This document shows positions 18,178 to 25,228 of a stretch of DNA of 64,000 nucleotides, piece by piece. A model generated the notes under the pieces. The model did not search any database, was not told where the DNA came from, and saw only the letters and a list, made by a program, of their open reading frames with translations. The translations under genes were made by a program, and so were the position numbers. This DNA is from a virus. Taxonomy: Duplodnaviria; Caudoviricetes. Location: IMG/VR virus record IMGVR_UViG_3300042866_001263; one strand, written 5' to 3'. Each line of letters opens with the position of its first letter. Position 1 is the stretch's first letter.

Positions 18178-18929
18178 CTAAAATTTTACTTGCTTTTGGT
18201 GATAGTCACACAGGAGGTGCTGAAATAGATGAACAGTATTCATCTGAGTGTCATGATAGGGCTTATCCTGCACACATAGCTAAACATTATGGGTTTGATT
18301 ATGAAAACTATTCTGCTTGTGGTGGCAGCAATGATTGGATGATCAGACAATTTATGATAAGAATTCAAAATGCTTTGATGAAAAATCAAGAAGTTTTTGT
18401 TCTTTGTAATTTTTGTGAGGCTTCAAGAACTTATATTAAATTGCCAGGAAAACTTCATCATTGTACTTCTTCACACTTATTACAAGACAAAAATACTAAA
18501 AAAGAATTATTAATTGATTCCGATTTTATTGGACCTTATAAAAATTATATAGAAACAAACTCCGACAAATTTTTAAATTTTAAATCTTTATCTCAAATTT
18601 TTACAATACAATCAATATGTGATCAATACAGTATACCATATGTTTTTCATACAAGCACTCATTGGTATGAAGGAAATTGGCAACTAATTAATAAAAAAAA
18701 TTATTTTGGTCATCATGATACCGAAAGAGTAATTTATAACCAAGAAGAATCTTTTAAAAGTTATGCAAATTATTCTTATTGGGGAATAGCGACTCATCAT
18801 CCTGATTGGAAAAATTTAAGATATGATTCAAGATGGTCCATGCACTATCCAGAAGAATACCATAAGTTTTGGGCTCAATTATTAATTAACTTCATTGATG
18901 AACGGGGAATACTTGACACAGCCACTTGA
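18174..18929 (+). CDS. SGNH-like hydrolase or acyltransferase
   Basis: LLAFGDSHTGG, NYSACGGSND, C-terminal SMHYPEE. Confidence 0.6.
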   Translation: MTKILLAFGDSHTGGAEIDEQYSSECHDRAYPAHIAKHYGFDYENYSACGGSNDWMIRQFMIRIQNALMKNQEVFVLCNFCEASRTYIKLPGKLHHCTSSHLLQDKNTKKELLIDSDFIGPYKNYIETNSDKFLNFKSLSQIFTIQSICDQYSIPYVFHTSTHWYEGNWQLINKKNYFGHHDTERVIYNQEESFKSYANYSYWGIATHHPDWKNLRYDSRWSMHYPEEYHKFWAQLLINFIDERGILDTAT

Positions 18930-18995
18930 TGTGCAATAAAATAACTCTGTCAGGGTTCAAGGGATAAATAAGGCTCATATAATTTTAAGAGCTTT

Positions 18996-19433
18996 ATGAG
19001 CTATGAAAACCCTTGGCTCTACAATGGAGAGGTTTTTGAGTCTTCTGATATTCAAGATAATTTTGGTTTTGTTTATCATATTCACTGCAATAAAACTGGT
19101 CGTAGTTATATTGGTCGAAAGTATTTCTGGTCTTTCCGCACACCAAGAGGAAAATCTAGAAAAGTTAAGTCGGAGTCCGATTGGAAAAAGTATTACGGCT
19201 CCTGTCCTGAGCTCAAAGTCGAAGTTGACCTTTGGGGCAAAACATCCTTCAACAGAACAATACTTAGCCTCCATCGAACAAAAGGACAATGTAACTACGA
19301 AGAAACCAGACAACTGTTCTTAAACAATGTTTTGACTGAGGCCCTTGACAACGGAGAACCCAAGTACTACAATAGCAATGTTCTTGGTCGTTACTACAGG
19401 AAGGATTACTTTCATGGAAAACCAACTGATTGA
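18996..19433 (+). CDS. GIY-YIG superfamily nuclease-like conserved cyanophage protein
   Basis: GFVY..YIGRK..SDWKKYYGS pattern. Confidence 0.6.
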   Translation: MSYENPWLYNGEVFESSDIQDNFGFVYHIHCNKTGRSYIGRKYFWSFRTPRGKSRKVKSESDWKKYYGSCPELKVEVDLWGKTSFNRTILSLHRTKGQCNYEETRQLFLNNVLTEALDNGEPKYYNSNVLGRYYRKDYFHGKPTD

Positions 19434-19560
19434 TAGTGTTGAAGATCTAAAAGATAGTATCATTGACCGAATTCATTATCTTGCAGACATGGGGGATTAC
19501 CTTAATGCCTGTGCAGTTTATGAGGAGTTTCGAGAAACGATTCAAGACGCAAATAAGTGA
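19414..19560 (+). CDS. Small hypothetical protein
   Basis: ATG at 19414 (MENQLIDS) is preferred over the tracked 19345 start. Confidence 0.5.
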   Translation: MENQLIDSVEDLKDSIIDRIHYLADMGDYLNACAVYEEFRETIQDANK

Positions 19561-19620
19561 TTGTTAGTAACAAAACTAAATAATCACTTATAATGATCTT
19601 CGTCATGAGATTTTGAAGTG

Positions 19621-19689
19621 ACATTAGAGCCCAGGAAAGTGCCCTCCGAGAGGAGCGGTGTACCCCCTTTCTATTGGGATGTAGAGTTC
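19621..19689 (+). ncRNA. Structured 5' leader of the lysozyme-like gene
   Basis: Nested pairings ACAT/ATGT, CCCA/TGGG, GAAAG/CTTTC and a CTCC-GAGA-GGAG GNRA hairpin. Confidence 0.45.
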
Positions 19690-19700
19690 AATCGGAGTTA

Positions 19701-20366
19701 ATGCAAAATTTCTTTACAGTAGCCCTGCCCCTTCTGGCATCGGTTACAACCACAACGGCAACACTGCCATTCCAGAATTACAAGATGCAAGGGCCGCCGC
19801 CTCCTGTCCCAGGACAAGCGCCCTTTTCCATTATTAAGGAATTTGATCTTGTTAATGGTCAGAAGACAGCAATCCGCGAGGTTGCATTACCAAAGCCAAA
19901 AGAGAAAAGGCTTATTTGTAAAGGGTGTAATGAACATGAACAACTTGCTGTGGATTATTTCCAAGAGCAAGGAATTAAAGACAGAAACGCCCTTGCTACT
20001 ATCCTAGGTAATATTAAGCAGGAATCTATGTTCGTGCCTAATATTTGTGAAGGTGGTAGTAGGACTCAGTACCATCACTGCGGTCGTGGTTATGGTCTGA
20101 TCCAATGGACATCTGCCGATCGTTATTATGGATTGGGTGATTTTGCTAAGAAGTATGGTGGTTCTCCATCAACACTTCCAACGCAACTTCGTTATCTTAC
20201 GAATGAAGTTCAATGGAAACGAATTGAAGACAGGATGAAAACTCCTGGTAAATCTATCAATCGTTACATGGACTATGCGTATAGTTGGATTGGTTGGGGC
20301 ATTCATGGTGCCCGCACATCATATGCTCATGAATATGCTAACCGACTGATCACGGTAGAAGTTTGA
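19701..20366 (+). CDS. Phage tail lysozyme-like (Phage_lysozyme2) muralytic protein
   Basis: ILGNIKQES, GYGLIQWT..R, QLRYL; hydrophobic N-terminus; start ATG 19701. Confidence 0.7.
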   Translation: MQNFFTVALPLLASVTTTTATLPFQNYKMQGPPPPVPGQAPFSIIKEFDLVNGQKTAIREVALPKPKEKRLICKGCNEHEQLAVDYFQEQGIKDRNALATILGNIKQESMFVPNICEGGSRTQYHHCGRGYGLIQWTSADRYYGLGDFAKKYGGSPSTLPTQLRYLTNEVQWKRIEDRMKTPGKSINRYMDYAYSWIGWGIHGARTSYAHEYANRLITVEV

Positions 20367-20390
20367 TACAATAAAATAGGCAGAGGGGGC

Positions 20391-20419
20391 TTGACAAATG
20401 CTCCCTCTCCACCTATAAT
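20391..20419 (+). promoter_or_regulatory. Sigma70-type promoter
   Basis: TTGACA-17-TATAAT upstream of the tRNA trio. Confidence 0.85.
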
Positions 20420-20427
20420 ACTCTCAT

Positions 20428-20504
20428 GTCTTGGTAGCTCAGATGGATAGAGCCACTCACTTCTAATGAGTTGGTCGGGGGTTCGAGTCCCTCCCAAGAC
20501 GCCA
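20428..20504 (+). tRNA. trnR: tRNA-Arg(UCU), encoded CCA
   Basis: Cloverleaf; ACTCA-CTTCTAA-TGAGT. Confidence 0.93.
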
Positions 20505-20587
20505 GCTCCAGTGGTGGAACGGTAGACACAGCGGACTTAGAATCCGCCGCCTTAAAAAGCGTGGAAGTTCAAATCTTCTCTGGAGCA
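20505..20587 (+). tRNA. trnL: tRNA-Leu(UAG)
   Basis: GCGGA-CTTAGAA-TCCGC, long variable arm. Confidence 0.93.
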
Positions 20588-20590
20588 TTC

Positions 20591-20662
20591 GGGCGATTAA
20601 CTCAGCGGTAGAGTGGCCTCCTTACAAGTGGTAAGTCACTGGTTCGAATCCAGTATCGCCCA
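20591..20662 (+). tRNA. trnV: tRNA-Val(UAC)
   Basis: Acceptor GGGCGAT/ATCGCCC, loop CTTACAA. Confidence 0.88.
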
Positions 20663-20689
20663 TAAATTACATTAACTAAATGAATAAAA

Positions 20690-20941
20690 ATGTTATCGAT
20701 AAGATGTCGCATGTGTGGCAAGGAGCTAGAGGCTCACCCAGTCAAAACCAGATCATGTGGTTGTCCAAATATGGCAACCATTTGTGGCGATCAGATTACA
20801 GCAATTGATTTATCTGAAGTTGTATTGCTCAATTCTAACAACAATGTTAAGAAACAACCTTTGTTGTCAAATGCTGACCTAAAATACCAAGAGGAAAGAC
20901 GCAAACGAAAAGTTCGCAAACTAGATTTCGAGGTACGCTAA
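20690..20941 (+). CDS. Small Zn-ribbon-like hypothetical protein
   Basis: CRMC..CGC..C. Confidence 0.6.
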   Translation: MLSIRCRMCGKELEAHPVKTRSCGCPNMATICGDQITAIDLSEVVLLNSNNNVKKQPLLSNADLKYQEERRKRKVRKLDFEVR

Positions 20942-21141
20942 TGATCAATCTACACCAACGCTACAATCATTATCTTCATACTGATAAAAAGCATGATAGA
21001 ATAAATGAAAAAGTGATTGGATATGGTTGGACTGATGATGGAGAAAAACTTACTGGGTACTATGTCTTGACAGAAACCCACAAGTTGTTCTATAATCTAA
21101 AAGAACAATTCCAATACATGGAAGTGTGGCCGAGTGGTTGA
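20941..21141 (+). CDS. Hypothetical protein; 3' end overlaps tRNA-Ser
   Basis: ORF track; coupled to the previous stop. Confidence 0.5.
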   Translation: MINLHQRYNHYLHTDKKHDRINEKVIGYGWTDDGEKLTGYYVLTETHKLFYNLKEQFQYMEVWPSG

Positions 21142-21204
21142 AGGCACTTGTCTTGAAAACAAGCAACGTGAAAGCGTTCGTGGGTTCGAATCCTACCACT
21201 TCCG
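21120..21204 (+). tRNA. trnS: tRNA-Ser(UGA)
   Basis: CTTGT-CTTGAAA-ACAAG, long variable arm. Confidence 0.93.
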
Positions 21205-21223
21205 TTTCTTAACCTCCTTTTAA

Positions 21224-21252
21224 TTGACAAAATCTAAAGAGAGTGTTAAGAT
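21224..21252 (+). promoter_or_regulatory. Sigma70-type promoter of the porin gene
   Basis: TTGACA-17-TAAGAT. Confidence 0.65.
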
Positions 21253-21290
21253 ACTTGAGCCTTAAAGGCATGTCGTTTAATAAAATTTTT

Positions 21291-22799
21291 ATGAAACTCA
21301 ATCAACTGATGCTTGCACCCGTTGCTCTTGGTATGATTGCTCCTGTTGCTGCGAATGCCGCAGATCTCAATATTGCAGCAGTCAATCAATACTCGTCTGA
21401 GCAGGTTACAAGCGTCTCTCAACTGTCTGATGTTCAACCTTCGGATTGGGCATATCAGGCACTTACCAATCTTGTAGATCGTTACGGTTGCGTAGCTGGT
21501 TATCCTAACGGCACTTATGGTGGTGGTAAGGCAATGACCCGTTATGAGGCAGCAGCACTTCTGAATGCTTGCCTTGATCGTGTGACTGAAGTGACTGACG
21601 AACTCCAACGTCTTTCTGTTGAGTTCCGTGAAGAACTTGCAGTAATTCGTGGTCGTGTTGATAAACTGGAAGCAAAGGTTGGTCAACTGGAAGCAACCCA
21701 GTTCTCTACTACCACCAAACTCAAAGGTGAAGCATACTTCACTCTGAATGGTGTTGATGATGCTTACACCAAAACTGGTGCTGGAACTGCTGCTTCCAAC
21801 GTTGGTCACACTGCATTCAACTACGATCTTCGTTTGAACCTTGATACATCTTTCACTGGTAAAGATCTGTTCCGCACTCGTCTTCGTGCTGGTAACTTCA
21901 GTTCTCAACCTTTTGGTTCTTCGTCTTCGCTGTTCAAGCTTGACAAAGCAACCAATACTTCTGATGCTGTGAAGCTTGACCGTCTGTATTATCAGTTCCC
22001 TGCACTTGCTAAGGGCATTACCCTGACCGCTGGTGCTATTGTTGAGAACCATGATATGTTCTGGAAGCCTAGTGCATATGGTCCTCAGATCCTTGACTTC
22101 TTCACTGGAACTGCTGGTGCCCCTGGCGTGTTCAACAAAGCAGAAGGTGCTGGTTTTGGTGTTCAGTATGTCCAACCTGGCAAGAAAGGTGGCGTCATCG
22201 CTGGCGTAAACTATGTTGCTCAAAGTGGTAGCGATAGCACCAAAGGTGTTTTCGATGAGAACGGAGGTATCAACCTCCAAGCTCAACTTGGTTATCGTGC
22301 TCCTCAGTATGGTGCTGCATTCAGCTATCGTTATGGCACTGAAGGAACCCGTATGCGTAACTTCAATGCTGTGAACGGTGGTTCTGCTGCTCTTGCTCTG
22401 GGTCAAACCTCTAACAACTACGCTCTGAATGCCTATTGGCAACCCAAGACTTCTGGTATCATTCCTTCTGTGAGTGGTGCTTATGGTTGGAGTGAAGTTA
22501 GCAAGAATGCTGCTGGACAAGCAACTCCTACTGGTGCTACCAATGCTCAGACTTGGTTTGCTGGTCTTCAGTGGAGCGATGTGTTTGCCAAGGGTAATGC
22601 TGCTGGCGTTGCTGTTGGACAACCTGGCAACTCTACTGCTATCTCTGCTGATGCTACGATGTGGGAAGTCTTCTATAAGTATCGTGTAAGCGATAACATT
22701 AGCGTCACTCCTGCTGTTTTCTATGTCAGCAACAACCAAGCGTTCCAAGGTAACTCTTCTAACGTGGGTGGAGTGATCCAAACCAAGTTCACTTTCTGA
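21291..22799 (+). CDS. som: Cyanobacterial outer-membrane porin (SomA/B, iron-uptake porin family) with SLH domain
   Basis: Signal peptide; SDVQPSDWAYQAL..YGCVAGYP..TRYEAAALLNAC (SLH); coiled coil; QFSTTTKLKGE; C-terminal TKFTF; start ATG 21291. Confidence 0.92.
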   Translation: MKLNQLMLAPVALGMIAPVAANAADLNIAAVNQYSSEQVTSVSQLSDVQPSDWAYQALTNLVDRYGCVAGYPNGTYGGGKAMTRYEAAALLNACLDRVTEVTDELQRLSVEFREELAVIRGRVDKLEAKVGQLEATQFSTTTKLKGEAYFTLNGVDDAYTKTGAGTAASNVGHTAFNYDLRLNLDTSFTGKDLFRTRLRAGNFSSQPFGSSSSLFKLDKATNTSDAVKLDRLYYQFPALAKGITLTAGAIVENHDMFWKPSAYGPQILDFFTGTAGAPGVFNKAEGAGFGVQYVQPGKKGGVIAGVNYVAQSGSDSTKGVFDENGGINLQAQLGYRAPQYGAAFSYRYGTEGTRMRNFNAVNGGSAALALGQTSNNYALNAYWQPKTSGIIPSVSGAYGWSEVSKNAAGQATPTGATNAQTWFAGLQWSDVFAKGNAAGVAVGQPGNSTAISADATMWEVFYKYRVSDNISVTPAVFYVSNNQAFQGNSSNVGGVIQTKFTF

Positions 22800-22853
22800 T
22801 AATTAAACCTTATCATTATTCTTGATACAATCAAGATATAGCATATAGAGGGG

Positions 22854-22882
22854 TTGACATACCCCTCTTTTCTCTATATAAT
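22854..22882 (+). promoter_or_regulatory. Sigma70-type promoter inside a terminator-like hairpin
   Basis: TTGACA-17-TATAAT; the -35 sits in the loop of AGAGGGG/CCCCTCT. Confidence 0.8.
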
Positions 22883-22904
22883 ATAAGTCTTCCTAATTGG
22901 AACC

Positions 22905-23072
22905 ATGACAGAACAAACAATTTCAAAAAAATCAAAGACTTCAAAACGTCTTCTGGTTGCCGCTGCTGCTAGTCTTGCTATTGGTGGCGGACTTGTAAAT
23001 GCTGCTTTGACTAATGAAGGCGAAGGTCTTCTTGGTGAAGGTGTGAAGATGATGCTCCCACAAGCGAGGTAA
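22905..23072 (+). CDS. 55-aa membrane/secreted micro-protein, not in track
   Basis: MTEQTISKKSKTSKRLLVAAAASLAIGGGLVNAALTNEGEGLLGEGVKMMLPQAR. Confidence 0.6.
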   Translation: MTEQTISKKSKTSKRLLVAAAASLAIGGGLVNAALTNEGEGLLGEGVKMMLPQAR

Positions 23073-23077
23073 ATTAA

Positions 23078-23362
23078 ATGTCTAAATCTAATATTGCTAT
23101 TCTTTTTGGTGCTGCTATTGCTATTGCTCTTGGCGCTCCTATTGTAATTCGTGCTCTCACTACTGGTCCTCAAGCAACATCTACTGCTGAGGCTGTTACT
23201 GCTGGTGAAGCAGTTGCTGTTGATGGAGAACTTGCTCCATATCTCACTTGCTTTAAGGTAGAAGAGATCGTTAAAAAACTTGGTGAAGGTAAGGTGGAAT
23301 TCAAAGGTATTCCTGCTCCCCGCCACGTATGCTACAAAGGTGATGCTACTCTGAAACTTTGA
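23078..23362 (+). CDS. Small membrane-anchored protein with a Cys pair
   Basis: N-terminal TM, LTCFK..HVCYKG. Confidence 0.6.
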   Translation: MSKSNIAILFGAAIAIALGAPIVIRALTTGPQATSTAEAVTAGEAVAVDGELAPYLTCFKVEEIVKKLGEGKVEFKGIPAPRHVCYKGDATLKL

Positions 23363-23366
23363 TATT

Positions 23367-24026
23367 ATGTACTTGACGATTGAGGATCTTCTTAGTCAAA
23401 CTGATCTTGACAAAGCAATCAGAATTATTGAAGAAGAAGATCCTAAGTGGTGGGAAGATGGCACTACTACAGCTGGTGTTGCTGCTTCCCAAGTAAAAGT
23501 GAATAAACAACTCAATCAATTCTGTTCTTCATATGAAAAATTGGTTGGACTTGTTGGACATGTTCTTGGTAAGAATTTATTATTCAATTCATTTTCTGTT
23601 CCTAAAAAAATTCATTCTTTTATTTTCAGTAAAACAACTGAAGGTGGAAAGTATGGTGATCATGTTGATAATGCTTTTATTAATGGGCGACGAACTGATC
23701 TTTCATTCACTATATTCTTAAATGATCCAAGTGAATATGAAGGTGGGTATCTAGTATCAGAAGAATTTGATGGTATTAAGTTAAAATCTGGTGATGCCAT
23801 TCTATATCCTTCCTCTACATTACATGAAGTTACTGAAGTTACTTCTGGAACTCGACTTGTTTGTTGTGGTTGGGTTGAAAGTAGAGTTAAAGATCCCTAT
23901 CAAAGGGAGTTGCTTTTTGACTTGAATTCTGCTAAAATGTCTCTGTTGGCAAATCAGGGAAAGACTGAAGAGTTTGATTTGATTTGTAAGTCTCATAACA
24001 ACCTGCTTCGTATGTGGAGCATTTAA
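23367..24026 (+). CDS. piuC: PKHD-type Fe(II)/2-oxoglutarate hydroxylase (PiuC/YbiX family)
   Basis: YGDHVDNA..RTDLSFTIFLNDPSEYEGG..YPSSTLHEV..GTR..WVESRV..RELLFDL. Confidence 0.85.
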   Translation: MYLTIEDLLSQTDLDKAIRIIEEEDPKWWEDGTTTAGVAASQVKVNKQLNQFCSSYEKLVGLVGHVLGKNLLFNSFSVPKKIHSFIFSKTTEGGKYGDHVDNAFINGRRTDLSFTIFLNDPSEYEGGYLVSEEFDGIKLKSGDAILYPSSTLHEVTEVTSGTRLVCCGWVESRVKDPYQRELLFDLNSAKMSLLANQGKTEEFDLICKSHNNLLRMWSI

Positions 24027-24027
24027 T

Positions 24028-24101
24028 CGGAATGTAGCTCAGTTTGGTAGAGCACTCGCTTTGGGAGCGAGATGTCGCAGGTTCGAATCCTGTCATTCCG
24101 A
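24028..24101 (+). tRNA. trnP: tRNA-Pro(UGG)
   Basis: CTCGC-TTTGGGA-GCGAG. Confidence 0.94.
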
Positions 24102-24129
24102 TCTTTAATATATAATTTTTACGTGTCAT

Positions 24130-24375
24130 ATGTCATTCACCATCTATTCAAAACAAGGTTGCCCATTCTGCCAAAAATGTATTGCAGTAATGGAACATGA
24201 AGGGTTTACTCACGTTGTTTATGAACTAGATAAAGACTTTACCAGAGAAGAATTTTACTCTGAGTTTGGTGAAGGATCTACATTCCCACAAATTATGTTA
24301 GATGACATACGACTTGGTGGATGCCGAGAAACTATAAATTACTTACAAGAAAACGATGTCTGCTGTAATGTCTGA
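24130..24375 (+). CDS. grx: Glutaredoxin
   Basis: CPFC, TFPQI..LGGC. Confidence 0.85.
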   Translation: MSFTIYSKQGCPFCQKCIAVMEHEGFTHVVYELDKDFTREEFYSEFGEGSTFPQIMLDDIRLGGCRETINYLQENDVCCNV

Positions 24376-24616
24376 AGAAACAATCGAAATCACAGAATTA
24401 GAACTGGAAAAAAACTTTGATGAGATCATGGAACGTGTGGAGAATGGAGAAACATTCATCATTCGTAGAGATGATGGATCTGCTGTGGCTATGGTCCCAG
24501 CATCTCTCGTTCAGGAAGCAGGAGTTGATCTAAAGACACTTTCCAACGTGGCACAACCCCTTGACAACGATGACGAATTGTGGGATAATTACTTTGATCA
24601 CGACGATGCTTCATGA
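24356..24616 (+). CDS. Phd/YefM antitoxin-like protein
   Basis: ELEKNFDEIMERVENGETFIIRR..AVAMVP fits the Phd N-terminal pattern. Confidence 0.55.
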   Translation: MSAVMSEETIEITELELEKNFDEIMERVENGETFIIRRDDGSAVAMVPASLVQEAGVDLKTLSNVAQPLDNDDELWDNYFDHDDAS

Positions 24617-24852
24617 CCAAACCCACTGTAATCCTTGAACGTTCCCCCTATCGCTATGTCCAGTGTGGTCTCCTAGAGATTAATGGTAAACCTGATTACC
24701 GTATTCAAAAGTTCAACGAATGGACCAAGCGTTATATTGACATGTATTACCTTGACAACCAGATGCAACTTGATGTATGCTTAGAAGATCCTGAGTATAC
24801 AAAGTGGTTAGATCCAGACCCTGAAGTGGGTGCCTATCGTAAGTATGATTGA
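24613..24852 (+). CDS. Conserved cyanophage hypothetical protein
   Basis: YRYVQCG..NGKPDYRIQK. Confidence 0.6.
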   Translation: MTKPTVILERSPYRYVQCGLLEINGKPDYRIQKFNEWTKRYIDMYYLDNQMQLDVCLEDPEYTKWLDPDPEVGAYRKYD

Positions 24853-24857
24853 TTTAT

Positions 24858-25053
24858 AAGTCCTGGAATGACTTAAAACTTATCCTGGTGGAGTCAAATT
24901 TGACCCTATTATGCCCGTGATGGAGACACGTTAACAACCCTGGTCGGGAACCCCCTCGATGAGTTTCCAGTTTCTCTCAAAAACTGGTGGTGCGGATGGG
25001 GTTACTCCCGCCTGGTTTCTTGTTTCCAGTCAAAGAACAAGTGGCGAGCCTGC
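24858..25053 (+). ncRNA. Large structured RNA, resembles the manA RNA motif
   Basis: Hairpins AAGTC/GACTT, CGTG/CACG, CCAGT/ACTGG, GCGG/CCGC; crossing CTGG/CCAG and CTTGTT/AACAAG pairs; manA assignment is from memory only. Confidence 0.55.
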
Positions 25054-25081
25054 TCAACGGGGATTGACCATCCCCATCCCT

Positions 25082-25153
25082 GCGGACATAGTTCAGTGGT
25101 AGAACGCTATCCTTCCAAGTTAGATGTCGTCGGTTCGAATCCGATTGTCCGCT
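25082..25153 (+). tRNA. trnG: tRNA-Gly(UCC)
   Basis: Loop CTTCCAA, acceptor GCGGACA/TGTCCGC. Confidence 0.93.
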
Positions 25154-25228
25154 TATAAAAAATACTTTTTGATCAGTTTTGGGTGGCATAAATAAACCTG
25201 AGAACTAGTATCTATTTGGTAAGTATAA

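Noticed and set aside
18996-19433. GIY-YIG protein as a mobile homing endonuclease
   Set aside because: It is short, lacks a DNA-binding extension and looks like a conserved core gene, so it was kept as a plain CDS.
21246-22781. 511-aa antisense ORF opposite the porin
   Set aside because: It is a shadow of strong RNY-type codon bias, lies in register with the real gene and has no motifs.
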